Shown here one piece after another: positions 1-9,911 of a stretch of 64,000 nucleotides of DNA (its first letter is position 1; each line of letters opens with the position of its first letter). The notes under the pieces are model-generated. The model did not search any database, was not told where the DNA came from, and saw only the letters and a list, made by a program, of their open reading frames with translations. A program made the translations under genes and the position numbers. The stretch is from Gaiellaceae bacterium (GTDB taxonomy: Bacteria > Actinomycetota > Thermoleophilia > Gaiellales > Gaiellaceae): NCBI GenBank assembly GCA_035456125.1, contig DATIDT010000029.1, positions 8,694 through 72,693 of the forward strand, in the 5' to 3' direction.

Positions 1-1740
1 GCGGCTGCGCAGGCAGTGGTCGGCGACGGACAGCAGCGTGTTCGCATCCGGCGGCAGGTAGACGCGGATGATCTCGGCCTTCTTGTTGACGACGTGGTCG
101 ATGAAGCCGGGATCCTGATGCGAGAAGCCGTTGTGATCCTGTCGCCAGACATGCGAGCTGAGCAGGTAGTTCAGCGACGCGATCGGCCGGCGCCACGGAA
201 GCGCACGCGTCACCTTCAGCCACTTCGCATGCTGGTTGAACATCGAGTCCACGATGTGGATGAACGCCTCGTAGCAGTTGAAGAGGCCGTGCCGGCCGGT
301 CAGCAGGTAGCCCTCGAGCCAGCCCTGGCAGAGGTGCTCCGAAAGGACCTCCATGACGCGACCGTCCGATGCGAGGTCGGCGTCCGTCGGCTCTCGCTCC
401 GCGTCCCAGGCGCGAGCGGTCGCCTCGAAGACGTCACCGAGCCGGTTCGACGCCGTCTCATCGGGGCCGAACAGCCGGAAGTTGCCGGGATTCCGGCGGA
501 TCACGTCGCGCAAGAACGTGCCCAGGACGCGCGTCGACTCCGCGAGCGCACGTCCCGGCTCCTGCACATCGAACGCGTAGTCGCGGAAATCCGGAAGGTC
601 GAGGTCGCGCAGAAGCAGACCGCCGTTCGCCTGCGGGACGGCGCTCATGCGGCGTTCGCCGGTCGGAGGAAGCTTCATGAGCTCGGGCCGCAGGCGCCCG
701 TCCTCGTCGAACAGCTCGTCCGGGTGGTAGCTGCGCATCCACTCCTCCAGCAGGCGGAGGTGGTCGGCGTTCGTTCGCACATCCGTCATCGGCACCTGAT
801 GCGACCGCCACGTGCCTTCCATGGGCAAGCCGTCGACCTCGCGCGGCCCGGTCCAGCCTTTCGGCGAGCGCAGCACGATCATCGGCCACGTCGGTCGTTC
901 GACGGTGCCCTTCCCGCGCGCGCGCGTCTGGATCTCGGCAATGCGGTCGAGCGCTCGGCCGAGGACGTCGGCGAAGCGGCGATGCACGTCGAGGTGGTCG
1001 TCCTCTGCGTCGATCGAGACGAACAGCGGCTCGTGGCCGTAGCCGCGCATGAGCGCCGCAAGCTCCTGCTCCGGGATGCGCGCGAGGATCGTCGGGTTCG
1101 CGATCTTGTAGCCGTTCAGGTGCAGGATCGGGAGAACGGCCCCGTCGGCCTGGGGACTCAGCAGCTTGTTCGCGTGCCAGCTCGCTGCGAGCGGGCCCGT
1201 CTCTGCCTCACCGTCGCCGACGACACAGGCGACGAGCAGCTCGGGGTTGTCGAATGCCGCGCCGTACGCGTGCGTGAGCGCGTACCCGAGCTCCCCGCCC
1301 TCGTGAATCGAGCCGGGCGTCTCCGGAGCGACGTGGCTCGGTATGCCGCCGGGGAACGAGAACTGCCGGAACAGCTTCCGCAGCCCTTCCTCGTCTCGCC
1401 CGATGTGTGGATACACCTCGCTGTACGTCCCCTCGAGGTACGCGTTCGCGACGATGCCGGGCCCGCCGTGCCCGGGCCCGGTCACGTAGAGAACCCGGAG
1501 GTCGCGCTCTCTGATCGCCTGATTCAGGTGCGCGTAGATCAGGTTGAGACCGGGCGTCGTCCCGAAGTGACCGAGCAGCCGGGGCTTCACGTGCTCGGGC
1601 CGGAGCGGTTCGCGCAGCAACGGGTTGTCGAGCAGGTAGATCTGGCCGACGGACAGGTAGTTCGCCGCCCGCCAGTGGGCATCGAGCAGCTCGGCCTCGA
1701 CCGCCGTCAGGGGCTCGCTGCGCAGAGTCGTCTCGGCCAC
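1..1740 (-). CDS. xfp: Phosphoketolase (xylulose-5-P/fructose-6-P), N-terminal ~580 aa; 3' end leaves the window
   Basis: My minus-strand translation from GTG at 1738-1740 reads [46 protein letters not shown]...[10 protein letters not shown]...[10 protein letters not shown] and stays open to base 1. The track ORF 16..1755(+) is its antisense shadow. Confidence 0.85.
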   Translation of the reverse strand, partial: MAETTLRSEPLTAVEAELLDAHWRAANYLSVGQIYLLDNPLLREPLRPEHVKPRLLGHFGTTPGLNLIYAHLNQAIRERDLRVLYVTGPGHGGPGIVANAYLEGTYSEVYPHIGRDEEGLRKLFRQFSFPGGIPSHVAPETPGSIHEGGELGYALTHAYGAAFDNPELLVACVVGDGEAETGPLAASWHANKLLSPQADGAVLPILHLNGYKIANPTILARIPEQELAALMRGYGHEPLFVSIDAEDDHLDVHRRFADVLGRALDRIAEIQTRARGKGTVERPTWPMIVLRSPKGWTGPREVDGLPMEGTWRSHQVPMTDVRTNADHLRLLEEWMRSYHPDELFDEDGRLRPELMKLPPTGERRMSAVPQANGGLLLRDLDLPDFRDYAFDVQEPGRALAESTRVLGTFLRDVIRRNPGNFRLFGPDETASNRLGDVFEATARAWDAEREPTDADLASDGRVMEVLSEHLCQGWLEGYLLTGRHGLFNCYEAFIHIVDSMFNQHAKWLKVTRALPWRRPIASLNYLLSSHVWRQDHNGFSHQDPGFIDHVVNKKAEIIRVYLPPDANTLLSVADHCLRSR

Positions 1741-2436
1741 TCAGTGGAACGCTAGTCGCTCACGGCCGGGACGAAACGTCTCCGGCACGATCTCCGCGAA
1801 CACCATCCAGACCATTGCGCCTCCCGCGAAGCCGAGGCCGACCGGCAGCGCGGCACTGAAGGCTTCGACGAACAGGAATGCCGGCAGCGCCAGCAGCGGC
1901 TGCGGAACGCTCGAGAAGATGCTCCAGAGAGCGGAGCGCCAGACCGTGACGCCGCGCGGCACGAGCACGAGGCTGATCGCGAGACCCTCGGGGATGTTGT
2001 GCACCGCGATGGCGGCTGCCGTCGCCAGGCCGACCGAGGAGCCACCACCGAACGAGACGCCGACCCCGATTCCTTCGGCCATGGAGTGAACCGTCATCAC
2101 GCCGACGATGATCAGCGCGCTGCGCGCGTGTGCGCCGCGGAGCGTGTCGAAACGCCAGTCGGCACGCGACCGCAGCCAGCGGGTCGAGAGCACGATCGCG
2201 ACAATGCCGGCGACCGCTCCGACAGACGTCTTCGGGAGCGACTTCACGACCCCCTCGTAGAACAGCAGGCCGCTCGCAAGCAGCATCAGCGCCGCAGCAG
2301 CCCCGTTCGCGCCGCGCAGCCACGTTTCGGTCTTGCCGTCCGCGAACGCGAGCGGAATCGCACCGAGACCGGTTGCGAGCGCGGTGACCAGAGCCGCCGC
2401 GGTGACCGTCAGCGCGGTTGCGTCCACGCGCGGCAC
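1741..2436 (-). CDS. ZIP (ZupT-like) divalent metal transporter
   Basis: 231 aa multi-TM protein with HSMAEGIGVG and HNIPEGLAI motifs. Its stop abuts the phosphoketolase start. Confidence 0.8.
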   Translation of the reverse strand: MPRVDATALTVTAAALVTALATGLGAIPLAFADGKTETWLRGANGAAAALMLLASGLLFYEGVVKSLPKTSVGAVAGIVAIVLSTRWLRSRADWRFDTLRGAHARSALIIVGVMTVHSMAEGIGVGVSFGGGSSVGLATAAAIAVHNIPEGLAISLVLVPRGVTVWRSALWSIFSSVPQPLLALPAFLFVEAFSAALPVGLGFAGGAMVWMVFAEIVPETFRPGRERLAFH

Positions 2437-2445
2437 ACCTTCCGA

Positions 2446-2925
2446 TCAGGCACGGATCTTCTCGGCAGCCCCCGTCCCGTTCTTCACCGCCGCGTCCTCA
2501 CCGCGGACGACGAGCACCGGGCAGTGTGCGTGGTGGAGGACACCGGTCGAGACGCTGCCGAAGAGCGTGCGTCGAACGATGCCCCAGCCGTGCGAGCCGA
2601 TGACGAGGAAGCGCGGGTCGAACGTCTGGGCCGCCGTGCAGAGCTCCTGCACGGTGATCCCTCGCAGGATGACCGTGCGTGTCTCGACACCCGCCTCCTC
2701 GGCGCGCGCCGCCGCCCCGGCAGCAACCTTTCGCGCGTCCTCCTCGCCCAGCTGAGCGAGCTCGCCGGTGACCGGCGCCGGTGCGAGCCCGACGGTGGTG
2801 TACGGGATCTCCCAGACGGTCACGACGACGAGATCCGTGCCGAGCGCCTTGGCGAGCTCGATCGCGGTCGCGGTCGCGTGCTCCGCCGTGGGCGATCCGT
2901 CCGTGGCAAGCATGATCGGCTTCAT
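2446..2925 (-). CDS. Universal stress protein (single USP domain)
   Basis: Internal start MKPIMLATDGS... preceded by GGGAGGAAACG. C-terminal GSHGWG...GSVS...HHAHCPVLVV USP signature. The upstream part of track ORF 2446..3075 is discarded. Confidence 0.85.
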   Translation of the reverse strand: MKPIMLATDGSPTAEHATATAIELAKALGTDLVVVTVWEIPYTTVGLAPAPVTGELAQLGEEDARKVAAGAAARAEEAGVETRTVILRGITVQELCTAAQTFDPRFLVIGSHGWGIVRRTLFGSVSTGVLHHAHCPVLVVRGEDAAVKNGTGAAEKIRA

Positions 2926-2938
2926 CGTTTCCTCCCTT

Positions 2939-3211
2939 CTAGACATCCTTGCCGAGCCGGTGCGCGAACTCGCGATGCGCCGCCTCGACATCGTCTCTCT
3001 CACGCGCGCCCTCGAGCCGCTCGCGCACGCTGACGAGGTACTCGGCCAGACCCGGCCGCTCGAGATCGACCGCAAGCCGTTCGAGCACGCAGGTGCCGGC
3101 GACGACGGCTCCGCCCGGCTCCCAGAACGCGCAGCGGTCGCCTGAGCACGACTCGGCGCAGCCGCGCGCCGCGAGCTGCAGCCTGCAGATCTTCGGCTCG
3201 TTCCCTGTCAC
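2939..3211 (-). CDS. Small Cys-rich hypothetical protein (90 aa)
   Basis: GTG start and high GC3. Cys pattern C-x8-C-x3-C-x4-C-x13-C (KICRLQLAARGCAESCSGDRCAFWE...GTC). Family not recognised. Confidence 0.5.
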   Translation of the reverse strand: MTGNEPKICRLQLAARGCAESCSGDRCAFWEPGGAVVAGTCVLERLAVDLERPGLAEYLVSVRERLEGARERDDVEAAHREFAHRLGKDV

Positions 3212-3289
3212 GTCTTAAGTGTCCGCGTGGCGCGAAGCGTGGACATCGGGCGCCGCACTGATTGCGGTGCGGCGTTCTACGGAGGGCGC

Positions 3290-4027
3290 CTATGCCGTTC
3301 GGCGGCGCAGCGTCGCGGCGCCCAGCGCGAGCGCCGCGCCGATCGCCGTCAAGACGAGCACGACGTCCAGGAGCCCCGCTGCGCCGAGGGTGCCGTCGTG
3401 CGTGATGCGGTCGAGTGCGTCGTACGCGTAGGTCAGCGGGAAGCAGTACGAGAGCAGCTCGAGCGGGCGCGCCATCGCCGCCCGCGGCGCCAGCAGGCCG
3501 CACAGGATCAACTGCGGGAAGACGACGGCCGGCATGAACTCGACCGCCTGGAACTCGGTGCGCGCAAAGGCGCTCAGGAGCAGGCCGAGCGACATCCCGA
3601 GCAGGGCGTTCGTCACGGCCAGCGCGCCGACAGCCCACGCCGGCCCAGCGACATGGAGGTCGAGCGCGCCCAGGGCGAGCGCCGAGACGACGGTTGCCTG
3701 CACCGCCCCGATCAGACCGAACGCCACGCCATATCCGATCAGCAGGTCGAGCTTGTGCAGCGGCAGGGTCATCAGCCGCTCGAGCGTGCCGCTCGTGCGC
3801 TCGCGCAGCATCGTGATCGACGCGACGAGGAACATCATGCTGAACGGAAAGAGGCCCAGCAGCGGCCCGCCGATGCGGTCGAAGATCGCCGGCTGCCCGA
3901 CGAACACGTACTTCAGCAGCGTCACGAGCAGGCACGGGACTGCGAGCAGCAGGGCGATCGTCCGCGGATCGCGCCGCAACTGCATGAGCACACGCACCGA
4001 CGTGCCGCCGGCAGCCGCGAGGCTCAT
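3290..4027 (-). CDS. ABC-2 type transporter permease
   Basis: 245 aa, six predicted TM segments, ...ERTSGTLERLMTLP... ABC-2 signature. ATGA overlap with the upstream ATPase. Confidence 0.8.
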   Translation of the reverse strand: MSLAAAGGTSVRVLMQLRRDPRTIALLLAVPCLLVTLLKYVFVGQPAIFDRIGGPLLGLFPFSMMFLVASITMLRERTSGTLERLMTLPLHKLDLLIGYGVAFGLIGAVQATVVSALALGALDLHVAGPAWAVGALAVTNALLGMSLGLLLSAFARTEFQAVEFMPAVVFPQLILCGLLAPRAAMARPLELLSYCFPLTYAYDALDRITHDGTLGAAGLLDVVLVLTAIGAALALGAATLRRRTA

Positions 4028-4737
4028 CGTCCGTCCACCGCCGACAGGGCCAGCAGCGCCGCGTCGAGGTCGTCCTCGCCGGTCTGGCGGCGCAACGCGC
4101 CGACGGTGGTGGCCGCGAGCAGGGCCCCTTCACGCAGGAGCACCAGGTCGTCGCAGCGCTCCGCCTCGTCCATGACATGGCTGGAGACGATCAGCGTCGC
4201 GCCTCGCGCGGCGAGTTCGGCCAGGTGCGCCCAGAGGTCGCGGCGCAGGACGGGGTCGAGGCCGACGGTCGGCTCGTCGAGCACGAGCACCTCGGGGCTC
4301 CCGATCAACGCGGTTGCGAGAGCCGCACGCGCACGCTGGCCGCCGGAGAGCCGGTTGACGACGCGGTCGGCATCCTCCGCGAGCCCGACCGTCTCGATCA
4401 CATCGTCGACCTGCGCGTCACCGGCGCGGAGCAGGCGCGCAAAGTACCTCAGGTTCTCGCGGACGGTCAGATCGCCGTAGACGGACGGCGCCTGTGTCGT
4501 GTACGCGACCCGCGAGCGGAGCTCCGGCGCGCCGGCGGGCAGCCCGAGGACGCTGACGGCGCCGCGCTCGATCCTTTGGACGCCGACGATCGACCGCATC
4601 AACGTGCTCTTGCCGCTGCCGTTCGGACCGAGCAAGCCGGTGATCGCGCCGCGGCGGACTTCGACGTCCAGGTCCGCAAGTGCGAGGCGGCCGCCGCGAA
4701 CGACTCGCAGCCGCTCGACGACGACGGCGCTCTGCAT
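4024..4737 (-). CDS. ABC transporter ATP-binding protein
   Basis: Walker A GPNGSGKST, signature LSGGQRAR, Walker B LVLDEPT. Confidence 0.9.
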   Translation of the reverse strand: MQSAVVVERLRVVRGGRLALADLDVEVRRGAITGLLGPNGSGKSTLMRSIVGVQRIERGAVSVLGLPAGAPELRSRVAYTTQAPSVYGDLTVRENLRYFARLLRAGDAQVDDVIETVGLAEDADRVVNRLSGGQRARAALATALIGSPEVLVLDEPTVGLDPVLRRDLWAHLAELAARGATLIVSSHVMDEAERCDDLVLLREGALLAATTVGALRRQTGEDDLDAALLALSAVDGR

Positions 4738-4741
4738 GGGA

Positions 4742-6130
4742 CTAGCCGGCGGCGGCGGCGGCTACGGCAGCGGCGACGCGGGGCGCAACGTCTCGGTTGA
4801 AGACGCTCGGGATGATGTAGTCGGCGCTCAGCTCGTCGAGCTGGATCGCGCCCGCGATGGCCTCGGCGGCCGCAACCTTCATCTCCTCCGTGATATCGGA
4901 GGCCCGCGCGTCCAGCGCGCCGCGGAAGATGCCGGGGAAGGCGAGGACGTTGTTGATCTGGTTCGGGTAGTCGGAGCGCCCGGTCGCGATGACGGCGGCG
5001 CGCCCCTGGATCTCCTCGGGCAAGACCTCGGGCGTCGGGTTGGCCATCGCGAAGACGATCGCGTCGCCGGCCATCCGCGCGATCCCGCGCGCGCTCACCG
5101 CGCCGGGCGCGGAGAGGCCGATGTACACATCCGCGCCTGCGAGCACGTCGTCGCCGGTGCCGCGCTCCCGGTTGGGATTCGTCTTCGCGGCGAATTCGGC
5201 CTTGATCCCGCTGAGGGCCGGATCGCCCGCCGAGAGCGCACCGTGCCGGTCGACGCCGACGATGTTGGTGACGCCGGCCGCGAGCAGAATGTTCGCCGTC
5301 GCGATGCCGGCGGCGCCGACGCCGGTGATGACGACCTTGACGTCCTCGGCGCCCTTGTCGACGACGCGCAAGGCGTTCAGGAACGCCGCGAGGACGACGA
5401 CTGCCGTCCCGTGCTGGTCGTCGTGGAAGACGGGGATGTCGAGCACATCGCGCAGCTCCCGCTCGATCGTGAAGCAGCGCGGCGCCGAGATGTCCTCGAG
5501 GTTGATCCCGCCGAACACAGGGGCGATCGCGCGGACGGCGGCGACGATCTCGGCCTCGTCTTTCGTCGCGAGGCAGAGCGGCCATGCGTCTACGCCGCCG
5601 AACTCCTTGAACAGCAGCGCCTTGCCCTCCATCACCGGCAGCGCCGCCTCCGGGCCGATGTCGCCCAGGCCGAGCACGGCGGTGCCGTCGGTGACGATCG
5701 CGACGGCGTTCCGCTTGACGGTCAGGTTCCAGACGAGCTCCGGGTCCTCTGCGATGGCCGAGCAGACCCGCGCAACGCCCGGCGTGTAGGCCATCGAGAG
5801 GTCGTCCCGCGTCTTCAGCGGCACCTTCCCGTTGACCTCGATCTTGCCGCCGAGGTGCATGAGGTACGTCCGGTCGGACACGTGCTCGACTTCCACGCCG
5901 GGAACGGAGCGCGCCGCGGCGACGATGCGCTCGAGATGGTCGGCATCCCCGGCGAACACCGTCACGTCGCGCACCTTCTTGCCGGTCTCGACGCGCACGA
6001 GGTCGATCGCCCCGAGCGAGCCGCCGGCGTCGCCGATCGCGCGCGCGAGGTCGGCGAACGCTCCCGGCCGGTCGTCGAGGTGCGCGCGCAGCGTCGCGCT
6101 GAACGAGGCGGATGGATGAATCGCAACCAT
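4742..6130 (-). CDS. NAD(P)-dependent malic enzyme with N-terminal ACT-like domain
   Basis: TPGVARVC, TDGTAVLGLGDIG, FGGINLEDI and VITGVGAAGIA motifs. Start placed at MVAIHP (6130); an ATG at 6181 is an alternative. Confidence 0.85.
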   Translation of the reverse strand: MVAIHPSASFSATLRAHLDDRPGAFADLARAIGDAGGSLGAIDLVRVETGKKVRDVTVFAGDADHLERIVAAARSVPGVEVEHVSDRTYLMHLGGKIEVNGKVPLKTRDDLSMAYTPGVARVCSAIAEDPELVWNLTVKRNAVAIVTDGTAVLGLGDIGPEAALPVMEGKALLFKEFGGVDAWPLCLATKDEAEIVAAVRAIAPVFGGINLEDISAPRCFTIERELRDVLDIPVFHDDQHGTAVVVLAAFLNALRVVDKGAEDVKVVITGVGAAGIATANILLAAGVTNIVGVDRHGALSAGDPALSGIKAEFAAKTNPNRERGTGDDVLAGADVYIGLSAPGAVSARGIARMAGDAIVFAMANPTPEVLPEEIQGRAAVIATGRSDYPNQINNVLAFPGIFRGALDARASDITEEMKVAAAEAIAGAIQLDELSADYIIPSVFNRDVAPRVAAAVAAAAAG

Positions 6131-6258
6131 GCTCCAACGATCGCGGTACGGGGTGCATGCGCCATCGGTGAGAAGCCGCACGTCCGCTCCGAGATTGCCC
6201 CGATGCCCGCGGGGCGCCGGAGCGACAAGCTCGAACCAAATACCCGAAGGAGGCGACC

Positions 6259-6951
6259 ATGGTCAAGCAAGTGGCGACACCACCTCGGGCTGCTCCCGGC
6301 GACGTGCTCGTGATCGCCGGACACCACGTCGGCGAGGCGCCGCAGCTCGCCGAGATCCTGGAGGTCATCGGCGAGCCCGGTCGCGGCGAGCACTTCCGCG
6401 TGCGGTGGGAAAGCGGGCGCGAGACGACGATCTACCCCGGCAGCGACGCCGTCGTGCGGCACGCGGGGTCGGCGAAAGGAGAGGCGATGATCACCGCGTT
6501 CGTCGACGAGCTGAGCGCGAAGCACGTCGACTACACCGTCGTGCCTCACCCGCGGACGGAGACCGCGCGGGCCGAGGCGAAAGCCGTCGGAGTCGCACCG
6601 CACGAGGTGGCGAAGACCGTCGTCGTCGTGACGGACGACGGGTTCATCCGTGCGGTGGTGCCGGCGTCACAGCGACTCGACCTGCACAAGCTCCGGATGG
6701 CGGTCGGCACGGTCGACAAGCCGCGGCTGGCCACCGAGGCCGAGCTGAGCGCCGCCTATCCGGGCTTCGAGCTCGGCGCGGTGCCGCCGTTCGGCGGCCC
6801 GTCCGGCGATCGCGTCGTCGTCGACAACCGCCTCGCCTGGGAAGACGAGGTCGTGCTGGAGGCCGGCACGCACTCCCAGTCGATCAAGCTGCACACGCGC
6901 GATCTGCTCGAGCTGTCAGGCGCTGACGTGGCGGACATCTCCGCCGACTGA
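6259..6951 (+). CDS. DUF1918-like N-terminal domain fused to a YbaK/aminoacyl-tRNA deacylase-like domain
   Basis: GAAGGAGG RBS before 6259. N-terminus GDVLVIAGHHVG...RVRWESGRETTIYPGSDAVV. There is no stop before the YbaK-like part, which has its own AAAGGAGAGG plus ATG at 6487. Confidence 0.7.
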   Translation: MVKQVATPPRAAPGDVLVIAGHHVGEAPQLAEILEVIGEPGRGEHFRVRWESGRETTIYPGSDAVVRHAGSAKGEAMITAFVDELSAKHVDYTVVPHPRTETARAEAKAVGVAPHEVAKTVVVVTDDGFIRAVVPASQRLDLHKLRMAVGTVDKPRLATEAELSAAYPGFELGAVPPFGGPSGDRVVVDNRLAWEDEVVLEAGTHSQSIKLHTRDLLELSGADVADISAD

Positions 6952-7788
6952 GCTCCCGCGAAGCCCGAGCCCGGCGGCGGCGTCGAGGTAGACGTCGCCG
7001 CCGGGCAGCGCATACCGCCCGTCGAACTCGGCGGCGCCGTTCAGTTCGATCACGGTGTAGGCATCCCCCTCCAACGGCAGCAGGTCGACCCCGACGAGAT
7101 CCATGCCGACCGCGGCAGCGGCGGCGAGTGCGAGCGCTCGTGCGGTGCGGTCGAGCTCGACGGGAGACAATTCGCCGCCGAGCGAGACGTTCGTCCGCCA
7201 CTCGCCGGTCGCAGCCCGGCGGCGGGCGGCGCCGACGATGCGCCCACCGCCGACGATCACGCGCACATCGTGGAAACGCGGCGGCACGAGCGCTTGCACC
7301 AGCGCACCGTCGCGCCTGAACCAGCGCCGCGCCCACACGTCCGCCAGGCACTCGTCCAGCTCGCTCGCGTCGCGGCACAGAAAGACGTCCCTCCCCCAGC
7401 TCCCGAAGCGGGGCTTCACGACGAGCGGCGGCGCGAGCGGGACGGGCTCGTGAGCCGTCCGCACGTGGAACGTCTGCGGATGGGGCACATGCGCTCGCCG
7501 CAACAGGTCCGCGGTCTCGAGCTTGTCATGAGCGGCGAGCAACGCCGCCCCCGGATTGAGGACACGGACGCCGCGCTTCGAGAGGAGGTCGAGCACGTGG
7601 ATGCCCGGCTCGACGCCGTCGAGCGTCGGGAGCACGTCGAGACGGCCGACCGCGACGTCACCCGCGTCGAGGAGGCGTGACGCTTCTTCGGGCGTGACGA
7701 CGAGCGCGTCGATTCCGGCGGCCCGCCACGCACGGGCGAGCGACCGACTCGTGACCTGCGCTTCCGATCCGATCACGCCGACGCGCAT
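6916..7788 (-). CDS. RimK-family ATP-grasp ligase
   Basis: 290 aa, ...VVKPRFGSWGRDV...RTNVSLGG...VGVDLLP...VIELNGA... ATP-grasp pattern. Starts 10 nt after the porB stop. 36-nt convergent overlap with 6259..6951. Confidence 0.75.
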   Translation of the reverse strand: MRVGVIGSEAQVTSRSLARAWRAAGIDALVVTPEEASRLLDAGDVAVGRLDVLPTLDGVEPGIHVLDLLSKRGVRVLNPGAALLAAHDKLETADLLRRAHVPHPQTFHVRTAHEPVPLAPPLVVKPRFGSWGRDVFLCRDASELDECLADVWARRWFRRDGALVQALVPPRFHDVRVIVGGGRIVGAARRRAATGEWRTNVSLGGELSPVELDRTARALALAAAAAVGMDLVGVDLLPLEGDAYTVIELNGAAEFDGRYALPGGDVYLDAAAGLGLRGSSVGGDVRHVSA

Positions 7789-7797
7789 GACCGCGCC

Positions 7798-8745
7798 TCA
7801 GCTCGCCGCGTCTGCCGCGCAACGACGTTGCAGCGCCTCCCAGTCGCCGGCGACCTGGTGCCTGACCTGTTCCAGCTGCCCCGCCGCCTCCGGCTTCAGC
7901 AGGTGGGCGAAGCGCTTCTGCGGCCCGAGCCAGTCCTCGAGCGGCCGGATCCGCTCGGGCACGTAGGTGAGGCGATAGCGTCCTTCCCTCACCTCGTACA
8001 GCGGCCAGAAGCAGCTGTCGACCGCAGCATTGAGGATGTCGAGCGTCTCGCGCGGCTCGTGGCCCCAGCCGACGGGGCAGTTGGTCAGCACGTTCAGGAA
8101 CGCCGGCCCGTCGGCAGCCGCCGCGTTTTGCGCCTTCAGGCTGAGGTCGTGCCAGTGGACCGAAGCCGCCTGTGCGACGTACGGGACGTGATGGGCGACC
8201 GCGATCGCCGTCATGTCCTTGCGCATCTGCGCCTTGCCGAAGCTGTCGACGCCGGCGGGTGTCGTCGTGGTGCTCGCGCCGAACGGGGTCGCACCGGAGC
8301 GCTGCACGCCGGTGTTCATGTAGGCCTCGTTGTCGTAGCAGACGAAGACGAACCGGTGGCCGCGCTCGAGCGCGCCCGACAGCGCCTGCAGTCCGATGTC
8401 GTATGTGCCGCCGTCGCCGGCGAAGACGAGGAATGTCAGCGGCTCGTCGTCCGGAAGCGCTCCGCGCTTCACCAGCGCGCGGTAGGCCGTCTCGACGCCG
8501 CTCGCGACCGCAGCCGCGTTCTCGAACGCGACGTGCAGCCACGGGACGTTCCACGCAGTCGTCGGGAACCTGGTGGTCGCGACCTCGAGACAGCCGGTCG
8601 CGCTGACGACGACGGTCGGCGTCTCGATGCTGTCGACGATCGTGCGGACGACCATCGGGACGCCGCAGCCCTGGCAGAGGGCGTGACCGCCTCGCAGCGG
8701 CGGCACGCCGCCCTCGTTGCGGACGAGTGTCTTCAGGCGGGCCAC
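7798..8745 (-). CDS. porB: 2-oxoacid (pyruvate):ferredoxin oxidoreductase beta subunit (TPP-binding)
   Basis: GTG start at 8745 behind GAGGAG. HALCQGCG and FAGDGGTYDIGLQALSGA...NEAYMNTG TPP motif. Confidence 0.85.
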   Translation of the reverse strand: MARLKTLVRNEGGVPPLRGGHALCQGCGVPMVVRTIVDSIETPTVVVSATGCLEVATTRFPTTAWNVPWLHVAFENAAAVASGVETAYRALVKRGALPDDEPLTFLVFAGDGGTYDIGLQALSGALERGHRFVFVCYDNEAYMNTGVQRSGATPFGASTTTTPAGVDSFGKAQMRKDMTAIAVAHHVPYVAQAASVHWHDLSLKAQNAAAADGPAFLNVLTNCPVGWGHEPRETLDILNAAVDSCFWPLYEVREGRYRLTYVPERIRPLEDWLGPQKRFAHLLKPEAAGQLEQVRHQVAGDWEALQRRCAADAAS

Positions 8746-9911
8746 GTCTCTCCTCTCAGGCCGACATAGGCGGGGGCGGCGTGGGGCTCCTGCAGCGCCG
8801 AGAACAGAGCCGGGACGTCCTCCGGATGAAGCTCGCGCCCCCCGAGCCCGTACACGAAGGAATGCAGGTGAACGTCGGTGTCCGCGAGAACCGCCGCAAC
8901 GTCCGCGTAGAGCGGCGGCCGGCCGCCGGGCGAGTCCGCCCGGTCGAGCACGGCGATGTCGGCGACGTCGCACAGCGCGTCGCGCAGGGCGTCGACCGGG
9001 AGCGGGCGGAACGAGCGGAGCTCCAGCAGCCCCACGCGCTCGCCGTTTGCCCGCATCGCGTCGATCGCGTCCTTGATCGTCCCCGCCGTCGAGCCGAGAC
9101 AGACGATCGCGCGATCCGCGTCCTCCAGCTCGTACGGCTCGACGGCGTGGTACGCCCGGCCGGAGAGCTCCGCATATGCATCGGCCACTTCGTCGAAGAC
9201 GGCGAGCGCCGCCGCCATCGCCGCCACCTGCTGGTAGCGGACCTCGTAGTAGTAGTCGGGCATCGCGAACGGTCCGTGCGTCGCCGGGGCCCGCACGTCG
9301 AGCAGCGGGAAGGGAATCGCGTAGCCGCGCACGAAGCGGCGCGCGCGCCGGTCTGGGACCAGCTCGACGGGCTCGGCCGAATGCGTGATCGTAAAGCCGT
9401 CCTGGCAGACGAGCACGGGCAGGAGCACGTCGGGGTGCTCCGCAATCCGCGGCGCCATCAGCGTGAGGTCGTATGCCTCCTGCGCGTTCTCCGCGAAGAG
9501 CTGGATCGCGCCGGAGTCTCGAACGAGCATGCTGTCCGAGTGGTCGCAGTGGATGTTGATCGGGCCGGACAGCGCACGGTTCCCGAGGGCCATGACGATC
9601 GGTGCGCGCATCGCGGCGGCGATGTAGACGACCTCCGCCATCAACGCCAGCCCCTGTGACGACGTCGCCGTCATCGTCCGGGCGCCGGCGAGCGCCGAGC
9701 CGATCGCAGCGCTCATGGCGGAGTGCTCCGACTCGACGTTGACGATCTCCGTGTGTGCGCGACCGTCGGCGACGAACTTCGAGAACGTCTGGATGATCGG
9801 CGTCTGCGGCGTGATCGGATACACGGGGACGACGTCCGGATCCACCTGGCGCATTGCCTCGGCGACCGCTTCGCCGCCCGTCAGCACCGCAAGCGTGGGC
9901 TCAGTCGCCAT
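8733..9911 (-). CDS. porA: 2-oxoacid:ferredoxin oxidoreductase alpha subunit
   Basis: Internal start MATEPTLAVLTGGEAVAEA...YPITPQTPI...ESEHSAMSA. The 5' part of track ORF 8733..10163 is discarded. Confidence 0.85.
   Translation of the reverse strand: MATEPTLAVLTGGEAVAEAMRQVDPDVVPVYPITPQTPIIQTFSKFVADGRAHTEIVNVESEHSAMSAAIGSALAGARTMTATSSQGLALMAEVVYIAAAMRAPIVMALGNRALSGPINIHCDHSDSMLVRDSGAIQLFAENAQEAYDLTLMAPRIAEHPDVLLPVLVCQDGFTITHSAEPVELVPDRRARRFVRGYAIPFPLLDVRAPATHGPFAMPDYYYEVRYQQVAAMAAALAVFDEVADAYAELSGRAYHAVEPYELEDADRAIVCLGSTAGTIKDAIDAMRANGERVGLLELRSFRPLPVDALRDALCDVADIAVLDRADSPGGRPPLYADVAAVLADTDVHLHSFVYGLGGRELHPEDVPALFSALQEPHAAPAYVGLRGETWPA

Noticed and set aside
16-1755. 579-aa plus-strand ORF covering the first 1.7 kb
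   Set aside because: Arg/Val/Glu-rich nonsense with no motifs. The opposite strand encodes an uninterrupted, clearly recognisable phosphoketolase. This is an antisense shadow typical of GC-rich DNA.
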